Shown piece after piece: positions 24,683 to 60,304 of a DNA stretch of 64,000 nucleotides; position 1 is the stretch's first letter; each line of letters begins with the position of its first letter. The notes under the pieces are model-generated. The model worked only from the letters and a program-made list of their open reading frames with translations, was not told where the DNA came from and ran no database searches. This DNA comes from Camelus ferus (Eukaryota). The stretch spans positions 20,708,001 through 20,772,000 of the forward strand of contig NC_045715.1 in NCBI RefSeq assembly GCF_009834535.1. Direction: 5' to 3'. The position numbers and the translations under genes were made by a program.

Positions 24683-26865
24683 TCAGTGCAACAGCCAGAG
24701 GCCAAGGCCAGCCAAGGAGGTAACAAGGACAAGGGCCAGGGCCGGGGTGGGCCGAGGGGCTGGGCTATTGCAGTTGTCCTTGTTGCAGCAGGTAGTGTTA
24801 TAGGTCAGGCCCAGCTTGTGGCTGGTTTGGTTGAAGGCCTCCCGACAGGGCTCTTCTGGTGTGCCGCAGCGGAGATTGGAGAAAACCCACATCTTACCTG
24901 GGGTTAGAAGTGGCCAGTGGAGTCAGTTAAGGTGGGCACCTGACATGCCTGTGTCCACTTTCCCACCCCTGCACCCCACCCAGGCTTCCTTCCTTCCCAA
25001 CTCTGCCCCTGGCCGTGCCCTTCTGAATCTCTTCTCAGTCTAACCTCCTGCACTTCCTTACTTTGCCCCATCACCCCAATCCTGGTCCTATCACTTGCTG
25101 GCCATGAAGTCTTGGACCAGTTACTGTCTCTTTCTGAGGCTGTTTCCTCAGTAGAACAATAGCAGCACATCTTAGGGTTGTTGTGACCATAAATTGAAAC
25201 AATCCATGTAAAGACACGGAATGGTGCCTGGCGCACAAAAGTCCTTGGCCAATTACCATCATTGCTGTAATTCTCTGTTCCACCTCAGCCCCAGGCATAG
25301 TCTCCCACTGGACCCCTCTCCCTACTAGAGAAGGGATGTTACCGAGATACACATTTGTTGTCAGGCATTGGTGTCCTGGTTCCAGGCGGCAGGACTGCCG
25401 GTCCACGCAGCCCAGCACAGGGACCTTGTAGCAGGAGTGACAGCGAATGTCAGCTGGGAAGACAGAAGTCATGCTGAGGTGATGGAGTGTCTGACTCACC
25501 TCGGGATGAGCCGAGCTGGGAGATAGGGTGGAGAAGAGCCAATCAAGTAGGTGTTCTGACCTGTTTGGTCTGCTAGGGACGGAGCAGGTGAGTGATGCAG
25601 AAGTGGAAGTGGGTGAGGGTGGAGTTGTTGCTCTGTGAATAGCCTGCACCCTAACATCTTTCTTCACTCCACCCCACCTGGAGATGAGTCAGGAGGAGCA
25701 GAGTTACCAAGAAAAACATGGGGCTGGGGAGGGACGGAATGTGAGCCTACCACAGGGAAGGAATGAAGGAGGTGAGGGAGAAGATGAAGGAATGCAGAAA
25801 ACATCACAGATGGAGTCTTGAAACAGGAAGAAATATTAAAAGTAAAAACCATGGCGTTACAACACTTGTAGAAATGGCTTGGAACTTGAGGTGGGCAAGA
25901 AAGCCACCGGGGGCCAGCTTTAATAATTTAACCTTCAACCCAGGGGTGGCCAAGAGTGTGGGAAGAAGAACCAGACCTGAATGGAACCCTCCCAACACAG
26001 CAGCTCTCTGACAGAAAGGAATAATATCTGGGAGACAGATCATCGGAATCCATCTGAGCACTTTACCGAAATGGAAGGATGAGGGCAGAAGATGACACCC
26101 CTTAAAGTTTCTGCCTCAGCTGATTTAAGGTTTGAGTGAAGAAAGGGTTCAATCTATGGGTGGAGGATCCTGGGACTGCAACTCAGGAAAACCTACCTCA
26201 TCTGGGGGTGAGCAGCCCCGGTATTCCCTCCCCAGAAGGCTGGGAAATCTCCCTGGTTCTCTGGGAGGTTCTGAGGGGCCACTGGAACCCTCCAGAAAGC
26301 TTGTGTCCTTGGGGGTATGCACCCCAGGGAGGAGCAGAGCGTATCAGGAAAAGCCACTGCTTGACGGACTGAGCACAAAGTCCCTGATGGAGTAGAAGGG
26401 AGGATGGAGAGCAAAAGAAGTCCCTGACTGCATGTCTAGATTTCTGAGAGAACACCCTGCTGAGTGCAGGTGGTGAGAGAAGGAAGCAGGTAAGCTGCAT
26501 CCTAGAGAGTTTCATTATTGGAATGGGGCTGGCAGGGGAACTGGAGAGCAGAGTTTCCAAGAAGGAGTGGGGAACAGGGGAACTGGAACCCTGGGCAGGT
26601 TAAAAGAGTGGGTCTTGGTGGGGAGGAGTCTGAAGGATGGAGACTGGAGTCCTTGAGAAATGGAGCAAGGACTCCGTCACAGGGTCAACTGAGCCAGTTG
26701 GGTCTGGGGGCACTGGGGATCTTGAGTTGTGGGTAGTGTAGGGCAGTGGCTGGGACAGGGTGTGGAAGTCCTGACCAGGTGAACCAGGTCTTTGGGGGCC
26801 CCCAGGTGCTCACCTGAGACCCAGCAGAGCAGAGCAGACAGGATGAGCAGCAGAAAGCCTTTCAT
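24683..26865 (-). CDS. LY6G6C: Lymphocyte antigen 6 family member G6C, 125-aa LU-domain GPI-type protein
   Basis: Exons 26814-26865, 25343-25453, 24683-24897 (378 nt, TGA). ADIRCHSCYKVPVLGCVDRQSC...TTCCNKDNCNSPAPRP. AATAAA on the minus strand at 24239-24244. Confidence 0.96.
25075..25250 (+). mobile_element. MIR SINE remnant
   Basis: ccatgaagtcttggaccagttact...tgtttcctcagtagaacaatag...gggttgttgtgaccataaattgaaacaatccatgtaaagac...gtgcctggcgca. Boundaries approximate. Confidence 0.65.
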
Positions 26866-27719
26866 GGTGAGTGTCTTGAGAGTGGTAGCGGTAGCAGCAG
26901 CCGACAGAGTAGAATTTCCGGGTTGGGTTCTGGGAGTTGAGTGGCCTTTTTGGAATTTATAATTCCAACGGTCCCTCCCTTCCCTGACTCTGGTGGCCCC
27001 TCCCTCCCCATTTAGGGAGGGGCTAAGCAGGGCCCAGTGAGGGAGTGGGGATGGGGATGGGAGAGAGAGGTGGGGAGGGTAGGTGCACTAGTGGCCAACT
27101 CCATTTTGGTTCTTGGTTTCAGTCCAAGACACACCCTCCTGGCCCCCAAGAGTAATATCCCCTCCTGCCCAGTCCTCTGAAGAGGTATCACCAAAGGCCC
27201 CTGTGATGTTACAGTGGCTGTGGTGGTAGCATCTGCTGGTTCCTGAGAAATGAACAATGGGGTATGGCCCAAGCTGAGTGCCAAATTTAATCCCCGGTGG
27301 GCATTTGTAGGGGCACGTGGGCAGAAATTGAGCACCAAATTAACCTCATTTCAGCCCCTACTTGGTCTTCCCAACCCCTGCTCAGCCACAGGATGAAGGG
27401 TTTGTGATGTCACCAAGGGCTTCTGTGATGTCATAGCAGCAGAGGCATGGGATGGAGCTGCCTGCTAAGGAAGGGTTGCTTCAGGCCCCCTGAAGGTTCT
27501 GAGGTCCTGGCTCTGGCTCTGCTTGGGCTTGGCCTGGACTTGGTTGCTCCAGTCTGGTAAGGGCTGATGAAGTCCTGGGTGTGGGGCTTTGCACCTGCTC
27601 CAAAGCACTTCCTCAATCAAAACCTGCCAATTTGGGCGCAGCACCAATGGCTGGGAGGGACAGCGTGGGCACAGAGAGGTGAGGTAGCAGCTAAAATAAG
27701 AACAGAAATGGTAATAATG

Positions 27720-27920
27720 GCAAGTTCATAGTGCTCCTATGTCTCAGCCATTGTTCTAGGCATTTTCGGTGTATTACTTAATTCTCACAATACTCTACAA
27801 GGTAGGTGTTTTTATCCCCATTTTACAGATAATGTCAACAAGCCCAGAGAAATTACACGACTTGTGCACATCATGCATCTAGTACATGGCAAAGTCAAGA
27901 TTTCAACTCAGACAGTGGGG
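27720..27920 (-). mobile_element. MIR SINE remnant
   Basis: ttaattctcacaatactctacaaggtaggtgtttttatccccattttacagat...gatttcaactcagacag is the reverse MIR core. Boundaries approximate. Confidence 0.7.
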
Positions 27921-27999
27921 ATCTAGAAATCGTGGTGTATTAGGCACCTGCGACGCTGCAGTGGTTGAAGTCTGCGGTAGTGTTGGTGAAAACGGCCCC

Positions 28000-28330
28000 A
28001 GCAGGAATTTTAAGTGAGCATTGGTTGAGGGCTGTGACTTTGCCTGGGAAGATTCCCAGAGGGATCAGGGCAGCTGGTGGCCCCGCCCTCACCCCTTATC
28101 GGAGCCCCCAGACCTGCGGTCTCCCTCTCCACCCCCACCTCCGGTTTCCCTCCGGTGTCCTCCGCTGATTCATTCGCCGCCTCTTACCATCACATTCCAG
28201 CTATGGCCCTGGTTCTGCAGCTGCTACCGCTGCTGCTGTCGAGGGCCCACGGGAGCCCCGGGGGTAAGCCATCCCGGGAAAGTCAGAATGGCGACGAAGG
28301 ACTGAGGCAGGGGGCGGGGATAAATAGGAG
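28000..28330 (+). promoter_or_regulatory. MPIG6B proximal promoter and intron 1 with GATA, ETS-core and GC-box motifs
   Basis: AGGAA 28003-28007, CCCCGCCC 28081-28088, CTTATC 28095-28100 and GGGGCGGGGATAAA in intron 1; CpG-rich region. Confidence 0.5.
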
Positions 28331-29894
28331 GAGTGGGATGTGTGTGGGAAGATCCAGGACGGCTGGAGAGCAGAGGAGACGAGAGGAGAGCAGACGTAAG
28401 TGAGGGGTCGTCTCGCCCTGTGGACTTTTCCTAACCACTACCTCTGGCCTCCCCTAGCTTCCCTGGTCGGCCGCCCTGGGGACAGGGTGAATCTCTCCTG
28501 TGAAGGGGTATCGCAACCCAGCCGCTGGGTCTGGGCACCTAGCTTCCCCGCCTGCAAGGGTCTGTCCAAAGGACGTCGCCCGATCCTGTGGGCCTCACCG
28601 AGCGGGACCCCCACCGCGTCTCCCGTTCAGCCCTTTGCTAGTCGCCTACGTGCTCTGGACCTTGATATCAGGCGGCTGGAGCTGCTCCTGAGCACGGGGG
28701 ACTCGGGCACCTTTATCTGCAAGGGCCAGCACCAGGGAGAGAGTCGAACGGTGCTTCACGTGCTGGGGGATCTGGCCAATTGCAGAGCTCCGGAGCCTAC
28801 CCAAGGTAGGTCTAGGACTTCATATACAAGAGACTTAACCCTGACACACGCCCCCGGCAGGGAGGGAGGCCGTGGCTGGGGGTTCCTGAGTAGGAGACCT
28901 AGCTGTCCTCGCACCTTTGACCTTGGCATCCACCGCCACCCCGCCTCCAACATTCCCTTCGGGTCAGTTTATCCCCAGATCCTGATCCCGCTGCTAAGCG
29001 TTGGGTTGGTGCTGGGACTCGGAGCGCTGGGCTTGGTCTGGTGGCTGCGCAGGTGAGCACGAGGGGCGGGATTTCACCGGAGGCGGGAGGGGCAGGACCA
29101 CAACTTTTGCAGACAAAAGCTAGATCTGGAGCCCTGGGGTCTGGTTTGGAGAAGAATGGAGGAGGTCAGAACTTGGCGAAGCCACGAGCTGGTGGGTGGA
29201 GCCCTGGCTAGGGAAGCGAAGCTAGAGGCGGAGCAGGCTCAGAGCGTGGGCGGAACTATCTGTGGGGGTGGGGCTTAAATTGTTTTGTGGGTCAGAGCCT
29301 GCACCGAGTTGGTGGGTTGTTGGTGAGTCCTGGGACCCAGAACTAGCGAGAGAAGACTGGTGGCTCTCAAATACTTTTATCCATCCTTACAGGCGCTCGC
29401 CCCCTCACCCGCCCTCGCCCCCTCACCCGCCTCGACCGCTGCCCAGATTTGGTGAGACTAACTCCACCCCATTTTCCTTCTCCGCACATTCCCCACCCAA
29501 TGCCGGAGTCTTAGCCCTTTCTGGGAGCAGACAAGTTGGTTACCTTCTCTCAATTCTTCAGCTCTGTCCCCCCCACATAGTTCCACTCGTGAAAGCCGAG
29601 CCCCAGAGGCCAGTAGAGGAGGAGGAGCCAAAGATTTCAGGGGGCCTGGATCAAGAGTCGGTAAGGGCTTGGGGATGGAAAGGGGGCTGGTCAGAATCCC
29701 TGGGTAAAGTGGATCAAGAAAGACAGAGGCCTGGATCCCCAAGGGAGTCAGACTTCTGAGACCCTCCTGCCTTCCTCCCCACCTTTCAGAGCCTGCTGTA
29801 CGCAGACCTGGATCATATGGCCCTCAGAAGGCCCTGCCGACTGTCCCCAGTGGCCCCAGCTGATGCCTCCACCATCTATGCGGTTGTAGTTTGA
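28203..29894 (+). CDS. MPIG6B: Megakaryocyte and platelet inhibitory receptor G6b (G6b-B isoform, about 245 aa)
   Basis: Exons 28203-28263, 28458-28805, 28968-29052 (first available in-frame AG; see finding), 29393-29451, 29581-29660, 29790-29894. Ig-V domain (VNLSC...CKGLSKGRRP...FICKG), TM segment, ITIM LLYADL and ITSM TIYAVV. Confidence 0.94.
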
Positions 29895-30229
29895 AAGGAA
29901 CCCCTTACTCCAAACCTCACAAGCTGGGGGCTCCCAGGTCTCCATAACCCTCCCCTTCTTGGCCCTTCACGTGGGAAAGGAAGGCACTGTGAGATAGAAA
30001 TGAGCACTAGACTGGGAGTCAGAAGAGCTGGGCTCCAGGCTATCCCTGTCACTGATCTTCTTCCTTCCTTCCCCACAACTTTCATGTCTCCTTCACCACT
30101 GATTTCCTTTCTAGAGCTGATCAAGCCCTGCTTCCCCATGTTGAGATATCTACAACTCCTAGATTACTGCCCTCTCTCTTTCCCTCTCTCCGCAGTCAAG
30201 CTCTTTCCACCAATGGCCTACACCTAGCT

Positions 30230-31400
30230 CTTCCATTTTCTTCAGTCACCTCCTACTGCTCACCCCCTCTCCATGAGATTGCCAGTGATGTCCTAATAGC
30301 TACACTCAGCAGACATTTTTTATCATTCATCTGGCTTGGCCTTTGATTACTCTCATCTTTAAGCTGTTTTTCTTTAATGTTGATATCTTCCTTCTGGAAT
30401 CCTCTTCCTTGCTCTCTCCCCCCTACAGTATTCCCCACCATTCTAGGTTTGTCCCTGTCTTTATCTGCCTTCTCCCTCTTCTGGGACACTATGATCCACA
30501 GCCAGTCCTCAGCCTTCACCTCTGCAAACAACAGCAAGAACTCTTTCTAGCTCAGATCCCTGATATGGGATTGCCAAACTGTCCCTCAGACATCCCTGCC
30601 TGGCTGGCCCTAGGCATTTTGCACACAGCAGGTCCAAAACCCAACTCACTGTCATCTCCCAAGCCACTTACTTAATTTAACCCTTCCTCCTCTGCATTCT
30701 CTCTTGATCAACCCAGTTGCCTAAGCCAGAAACTGGGAGTCATGTACACCTCTCATTCCCACACAATTAACCAAGTGCCTTTCTATTTTAATGTCACAGT
30801 CAAATCCACACCCTCTTCATGCCCAGTACTGCCACCTGAATCTCATCTCCTCGTTTCCTCCTTAGATTGCCCATAGCCCCACCTCATCCTCCTACCCTTG
30901 CTTAAGATCTTCCTTAGATGCTAACCTGCTCCTGACCGCCTGTATTTCAGAACTGCAGTATTTCAGCTCTGGGTCCACGGTCCTCAGATTTGGGTACAAG
31001 GTGCTATAGCTTTCGACCTACTTTCCAGGCTTATCTCTGTCACTCACATGCATAGAACATGACAGCTATAGAGAAAGTCTCCCCAGCCCCAAATATGCAT
31101 TTGCCCAATGCAGTTCCTTCTTCCTAGATTAATTACCCTTTGTCTCCTTCCCACTGTATGCCTGGCTATTATTTATCCGCAGGACTCAGTTCAAGCATAG
31201 CCTTTTCTGGGAAGTGATCCCTGCCCCTCTTTGCCCATCCCTGCATACACTTTGATTTCCTAGAGGGTCCCCTTATTTCTCTCATAGCCTGCTGTGAATT
31301 GTTTCATTACAAACCATATTTCAATTTATAAGAAATTTTCATGTACCATGAGTTCCTTGATACCAAGAGATTAACCCTTTTTGTATCACTGCTAAGCTTC
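30230..31400. mobile_element. L2 LINE remnant downstream of MPIG6B
   Basis: Pyrimidine-rich L2-like text (ctcagatccctgatatgggattgccaaactg...ccagttgcctaagccagaaactgggagtcat). Boundaries approximate. Confidence 0.5.
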
Positions 31401-31946
31401 AGTAAATGAGTAAAAATGAATGTCCCTGGAAATGTCATTTCCTCCTATGAATTATGGATGGACTGTTAATCTCCTAGTCTCTGAATCATCTGACATTTAG
31501 ATAAATGCAGTGATTGATTCACTCATATTTTCTCTTCTCTGCCCTGTACGTGCTCCCCACCACAGAAGTTCTGTCCTGTCCATTTTGTGGCCAAACACCT
31601 CTGATAGGGCTGGACCATGAGTTAGTAAGTGCCAAGAGAGGGTTTGATGAATGAAAGAGGCCTCCTTCCCAGCACTGACCTAACCTCAGGTTTCAGCCCT
31701 GCCCTTGTCCTTCTGCCCCAGTAAGACACAAGTCACAGCCCAGTCTAAAAGGTCAGTTCTATTTTATTAGTTCTTGGGGAAAGGACTTACCCAGTGGCCC
31801 CTATCCTTTTCCTTACATTATGCCCTCCCTCCATCTTGGGGCCCTCTCCCCACTACTACTGTTCGCCATCCTCTATTGAATCCTCCTTCCCCTTCTACTC
31901 CTGTGCCACCCTACCCCTGGCCAGCCAGGACCCCAAGGCCAGGCTC

Positions 31947-35300
<3,354 letters not shown>

Positions 35301-35636
35301 CCTCTTCTAAATTCCGGGCTTCTGCTCGGAGCTCAGGGTCACTTACCCACCCTTCATTCCGTGTTACTCACACTTCAAGCCCCTTTGTGTAAAAACACTG
35401 GATTTTCCTTCTGTATTTTATTATTGAAACACATTGTCCTATCCGCCCGACCCCACAATAAAAATCTCACCCATATCCCCCATCCTTTCTCCTCATCACC
35501 CCCCAGCAAGCCCCGCACCAGGATTCTCTGTACACCGGCCGTTTTGGAGTGTGTCCATTGGGTAGCCATGTGGAAACAAACGATCCAGGGCCTTGATGGA
35601 GAAAATGGATGGGGGTGAGGGAACCCCAGGAGGGAC

Positions 35637-40518
<4,882 letters not shown>

Positions 40519-40564
40519 GGTTGCGACGGGGACCAGGAAGCGACCGTCGCTGGGGGAACTGGGA

Positions 40565-40594
40565 GGGGCCGGGGCCGGGGCCGGGGCCGGGGCC
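40565..40594 (+). repeat. (GGGGCC)5 hexanucleotide repeat upstream of the CLIC1 ATG
   Basis: Five perfect GGGGCC units read directly from the sequence. Confidence 0.95.
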
Positions 40595-43070
40595 AGGGAA
40601 GGCGGGTCTCACTGAAGAGAATCTGTCCCCTAGACCTAGGTCTGGCCCTTCAGCGCCGCACTAGCCCGATCAGACCCGCTCACTCCAGACGCGGCCTCCC
40701 GACCGGTCCAGCGTCCTCCACACCCTAGCTCTGCCCCCTCCTGGGTCGGATCGGGGAGCCGCTGACTCACAGACCGCCCCGCCCTGAACTTGGGGAGGGG
40801 ACCGGCGGGGGGCGGGACGATTCAGGGAGTGGGTCGGAAGGGAGATCCTCAGGTTTTCCAGATGATCGAGGAGGAGGGTATCGAGGAGAGGGAATCCTGG
40901 GAAATTTGTTTCTCCGCCAGTCTCCCTGAACACAGAACTTTTTCTGCCTCAGTTTCCCTGCTTCACTCATCAGAGGACACTCTCCCTCCACCCTCACACA
41001 AGAAACCGGACACCCACTGCTTGAGCACGTCCCTGACGGCCCAGAGAGGGAATTATAGAAGGGAAAGGTGGTGGTTTATTCCTTTTTCCACCTTGCCTTC
41101 GGACTCCAGTCCAAAGTCTGGGTTCCTAGGACTGTGGTCCAGGAAAGGGACTTGGAAGTGGAAGCTGGGGTTGGGAAAAGCGTGGTGAAATGTAGGGCAG
41201 GGGCGGGGAAAGGAGATAATCAGGCTCGTGTTGGGGAAACAGGAAGCTGCCTAACCACTGGGGGAGGTCCGCTACCACTCAGTAGCCTGATCAGTCATCT
41301 GGGGCCCCTTCCTGTGCCCCTTGTCCTTTTTTCTCACTGATACGTTACCTTGGAGACAGGGTAGGAGCCTAGGGTTGTTGTGGCCCCAGGATAGCTCTGC
41401 CCTGATCCTAAGGTCTTGGTGGTAGCTAGTCCTAACAGTGGGGAAAAAAGTGAAGATTAGACAGGATAGTGTGAGTGGAGTCCTTGGGGATACAATTAGA
41501 GAAGTAGGGAGGACAGAAGAATAGCTCTCTTCCTTCCCAATAACCTTAATTTTGGAGATTCTAGCAAACTCTTTATGGTCTGTTGAAAAATAGCCCAAAA
41601 ATATGTCCTCTGAACTGGACATAGGCCAGCCTCTACATCTGACTCTCTCTCCTATCTAACCATCTTTTTCCTCCCCACCACCTTCTGTCTAGCAACACAC
41701 CTACAGTTTCAGAGAAACATAGTGGAGTGTAAGGACATAGGGGCAAAACAGGGCTAAAAACGTAAAGAAAAGGAGAGAGTTGGGGGAGGAGAGAGTGGAG
41801 AGAAGAGAGGTGCTCGAACCAGCAGTTAGTGGTTTCCTCTTATGCTTCCTCTTCTGTGGGTTTTTTCCTCCCTGCGGGAAGGCGTTTCTCCACCCCCAAG
41901 AAGGAATATATGTGGTGTTTGCTCCCTTGAATTATCACAGCTTATAAGGATGTAGAATGAGTCAATGAGTATGCATTTGTTGGGGGGGGGAATCTCCTTT
42001 ATGTGTGATCCTCAAAATCTGCACACAAGAGCCCTTTCATCTGAGGAAGGGAGGTCAAAGCAGAGCTACTTCCTAGGGTCCTCTTCTGCTCCAGGTGGTC
42101 AATTTGCTCCACAAAAATCTCCCCTCTGGGAGAAGCCTCAGGCAAATGGGGCCAGCCCTGAGCTCAAACAGGTTTGGCAGATTCTCCCCTGCCTCTTTTC
42201 CCTCCTACAGCTTTTTACAGCTAGAGCTGCCTTGATCATCAATATTGACTTTGGCTAGCTGGTATGGTTACCCACAAAGAATTTTGCCTTAACTTCCCAC
42301 GTGACAGAGAATGCTGCCCTCTCCTGGTGCCATCCATCAGTGCCTTATGGATTTGAAGCCAGGGGCTGTACCCCCAAATCCTGCATCAGAGAAGTTTCCC
42401 TCCCATATCAGTCTCCTTGCCTTTGCTTTTCTCCTATCTCAGTATCTCCGCTTTCCTTCCCCAGGCTTCTTTCTCCACTACCTCCCCTTCCTCAGCTTGG
42501 TAAAGCAGTCCCTAATCTCTTTCCACCCCAGACTGGAAGGTGTGTCCCTCCCCGACACTCCTTAGAGCTGTCACCTGGCCTCCAGTTCTCCGTAACTTCA
42601 TTGCTCAACAATTTGCCAGGGGTAACCATTAACTCAGACCTTAACTCACTCTCCCAGCTTTCTCACTAAATGGGATTTTCCAATCATTGGTTAGCAGAGC
42701 CAGGTTACACTCACTATCTTTCCTAAACTCTTGGGTGGGATCTCCACATCTCAGAGTACCCAGAACAGTTAATTAGAGGGGAGATATATTTTAAGGGAAG
42801 TTTTTTAAAGTATATAATTGTTTATTTCTGTCTCCTTCACCTTGCTTCTTCTCCCCTTACACACACACACTCAAAAATTAAGCTGGTGGAGCAGGGATTT
42901 AATTATGCTCTCTGCTTTTGAGTACACCACCTGGCCCAGAAGGGAATGAATGATAAACCCTCTGTCCTTAGGGGTATGTGTTTGTATAGGGGTGTAGGTG
43001 TTCTTATCAGGGTTACTTCTTTCTGCAAGAATTTAGTGTAATTCGAATGCTTTCACCTTCTCTTGGGGGA

Positions 43071-43198
43071 CAGAGAATGCAGTGCTAGTGGGCTGGGGGA
43101 GAGGGGCAGAAAGGCAGACGCTGCCATCTGCGGCGTTGATATGCAAATACTTTGGGACAACCACCTCTCTTCAGCCACACCCACCAAGAGGAGAGAGT
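43071..43198 (+). repeat. Copy B of a ~127-bp diverged direct repeat, with a perfect octamer ATGCAAAT at 43141-43148
   Basis: Colinear with 39554-39680, roughly 80% identical by eye. Confidence 0.9.
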
Positions 43199-44130
43199 CT
43201 TAGAATTGTTGGCACAAGTTGAATTAATGTTGCTTATCTCTACTCTCCAGAAAACCAAACCAAACCAAACCAAAAACGCGCCTCTGTTCCTTTAAGGTCG
43301 GCCTTCTCTCCAGATTCCCCAATGCCCCTAGACAAGCTACGGGGACCCGAACTCAGACTCAGTTAAGAACCTTCTCACAGGCTCCACCCCGTGTCAATCA
43401 AAGCCTAGAAACCCAGATCGCGCGAGGCCCGGGTGCTAAGCAACGGCAGAGGGCGGGAAGTTTTTACGTTCTAGCACCGCCCCATATGCAAATAGGCCAA
43501 TCACCGTCCAGCCTTCTCTGCAGTTCCCTCCTCCCCCTCTCTCTGTTGGATCTCTGGGGAGTTTCCGGATCCCTTCGACGAATAGCGGCTAAGAAGGCGG
43601 GGCGTATGCGCGCTCACCCCGCCCTCGCGCCGGCGCACCCCTCCCTGCAGGCTCGCGGCTGTTAGCGGCGGTCAGTGACGCGCGGTCTTGCACACGTCGC
43701 GACCCAGGTGACTGAGAAGGCGGGAAAACACCGCGAGTTGTCCGCAACTGGGTGGGGAAGTCAAGAAAGTGAGGCTGTGAACTTGGGGAATTATTTGGCA
43801 GTGGTGGAGAGAGGAAGCGTGCACAATTCGCCCCACTGGGCCCTCAGACCGTCTACAAAGTAGAACCTCCGCCTGACAGAAATGAGGGTGGGGCAAGTGG
43901 GGTTTTCTACAGTCTGTACTTTAGTGAAATACTCGAGAAGTCGCTCCTCCCAATGCCCTATACCTGTCACCACAGCGCTCCAAGGGCCCTCGCAGCCCTG
44001 CCCCTCAGCCCTCTCCCATTAGTTCTCAGCGGTTTTGCATTTCTGCGCGCCCCCCTACCCCGCCCCCTCGCAGGTGACATCTCGCTCCAGAACCGCGTTA
44101 ATTTTCTGCATCCGCAGAGCCTTCAAGGCC

Positions 44131-58041
<13,911 letters not shown>

Positions 58042-58465
58042 GAGTCCTTCCTCGGCCCTCCTCCGCCTCCCAGACCCTCTTTGTTTCCTTATCTCCTTCA
58101 GACCTAGAGTTCTCAGTTTCCCTGTAAATTTTGTTTTCTGTCAGTAATAAAGTTTATTTTGGAGAAAGTTATTGTTTCCTTAGGCCAGACAGACAGGAGA
58201 ATAGGAAAGAGATGAAACGCAAAGCAGCAGTCCACAGAGGGACCTGCCCTGCCTCATTAAAAATACAGTATCACTGCTGGAGGGAGACCCTTGAGTTCTA
58301 CACAGAAGGACTCCATGAGGACCAGCCACTTCAACAGATCTTACAAAAACAGACGAGGGGGAAGACAGGAGCCCACGGGAGATGGTCTTTCTCCTTAGAG
58401 TAGGAACACCTCAGCCTCAGGCAGACACAGCAGGAAGGGCTCTGAGAGGCTGAAAGTCTAGGTAG

Positions 58466-59989
<1,524 letters not shown>

Positions 59990-60236
59990 GGTCTCCTCTG
60001 GTTCCCCTCAGTTGTGCTGGGGAGGCTAGGTCAGAACCCCCAGCCTCCTTATTCCTTTTTTTGACTCAACAGCTAAATGGCTCCAAGTAGTGGGTCAACT
60101 GAAGTCCAAACATTTTGGTATATAGTTTCTTCTCTCCTGAAAACTTCCATCTCACCTTTTTGGTGTTTTACACTCTCCCTCTTCCCTAAATGATTTGCAT
60201 AATCTTTCTCTGAAATCCCTCTGGGGAGAAGAAATG

Positions 60237-60304
60237 TTTATTGAAACTGTCCTTCAACTTTAAATACAAAAATAAAATAGAAGCATCTCTAGAATTTCAA
60301 TAAA
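60237..60304. terminator. Convergent poly(A) signals of VWA7 (minus, 60237-60242) and SAPCD1 (plus, 60271-60276 and 60299-60304)
   Basis: TTTATT at 60237 and AATAAA at 60271 and 60299, between the two stop codons. Confidence 0.75.
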
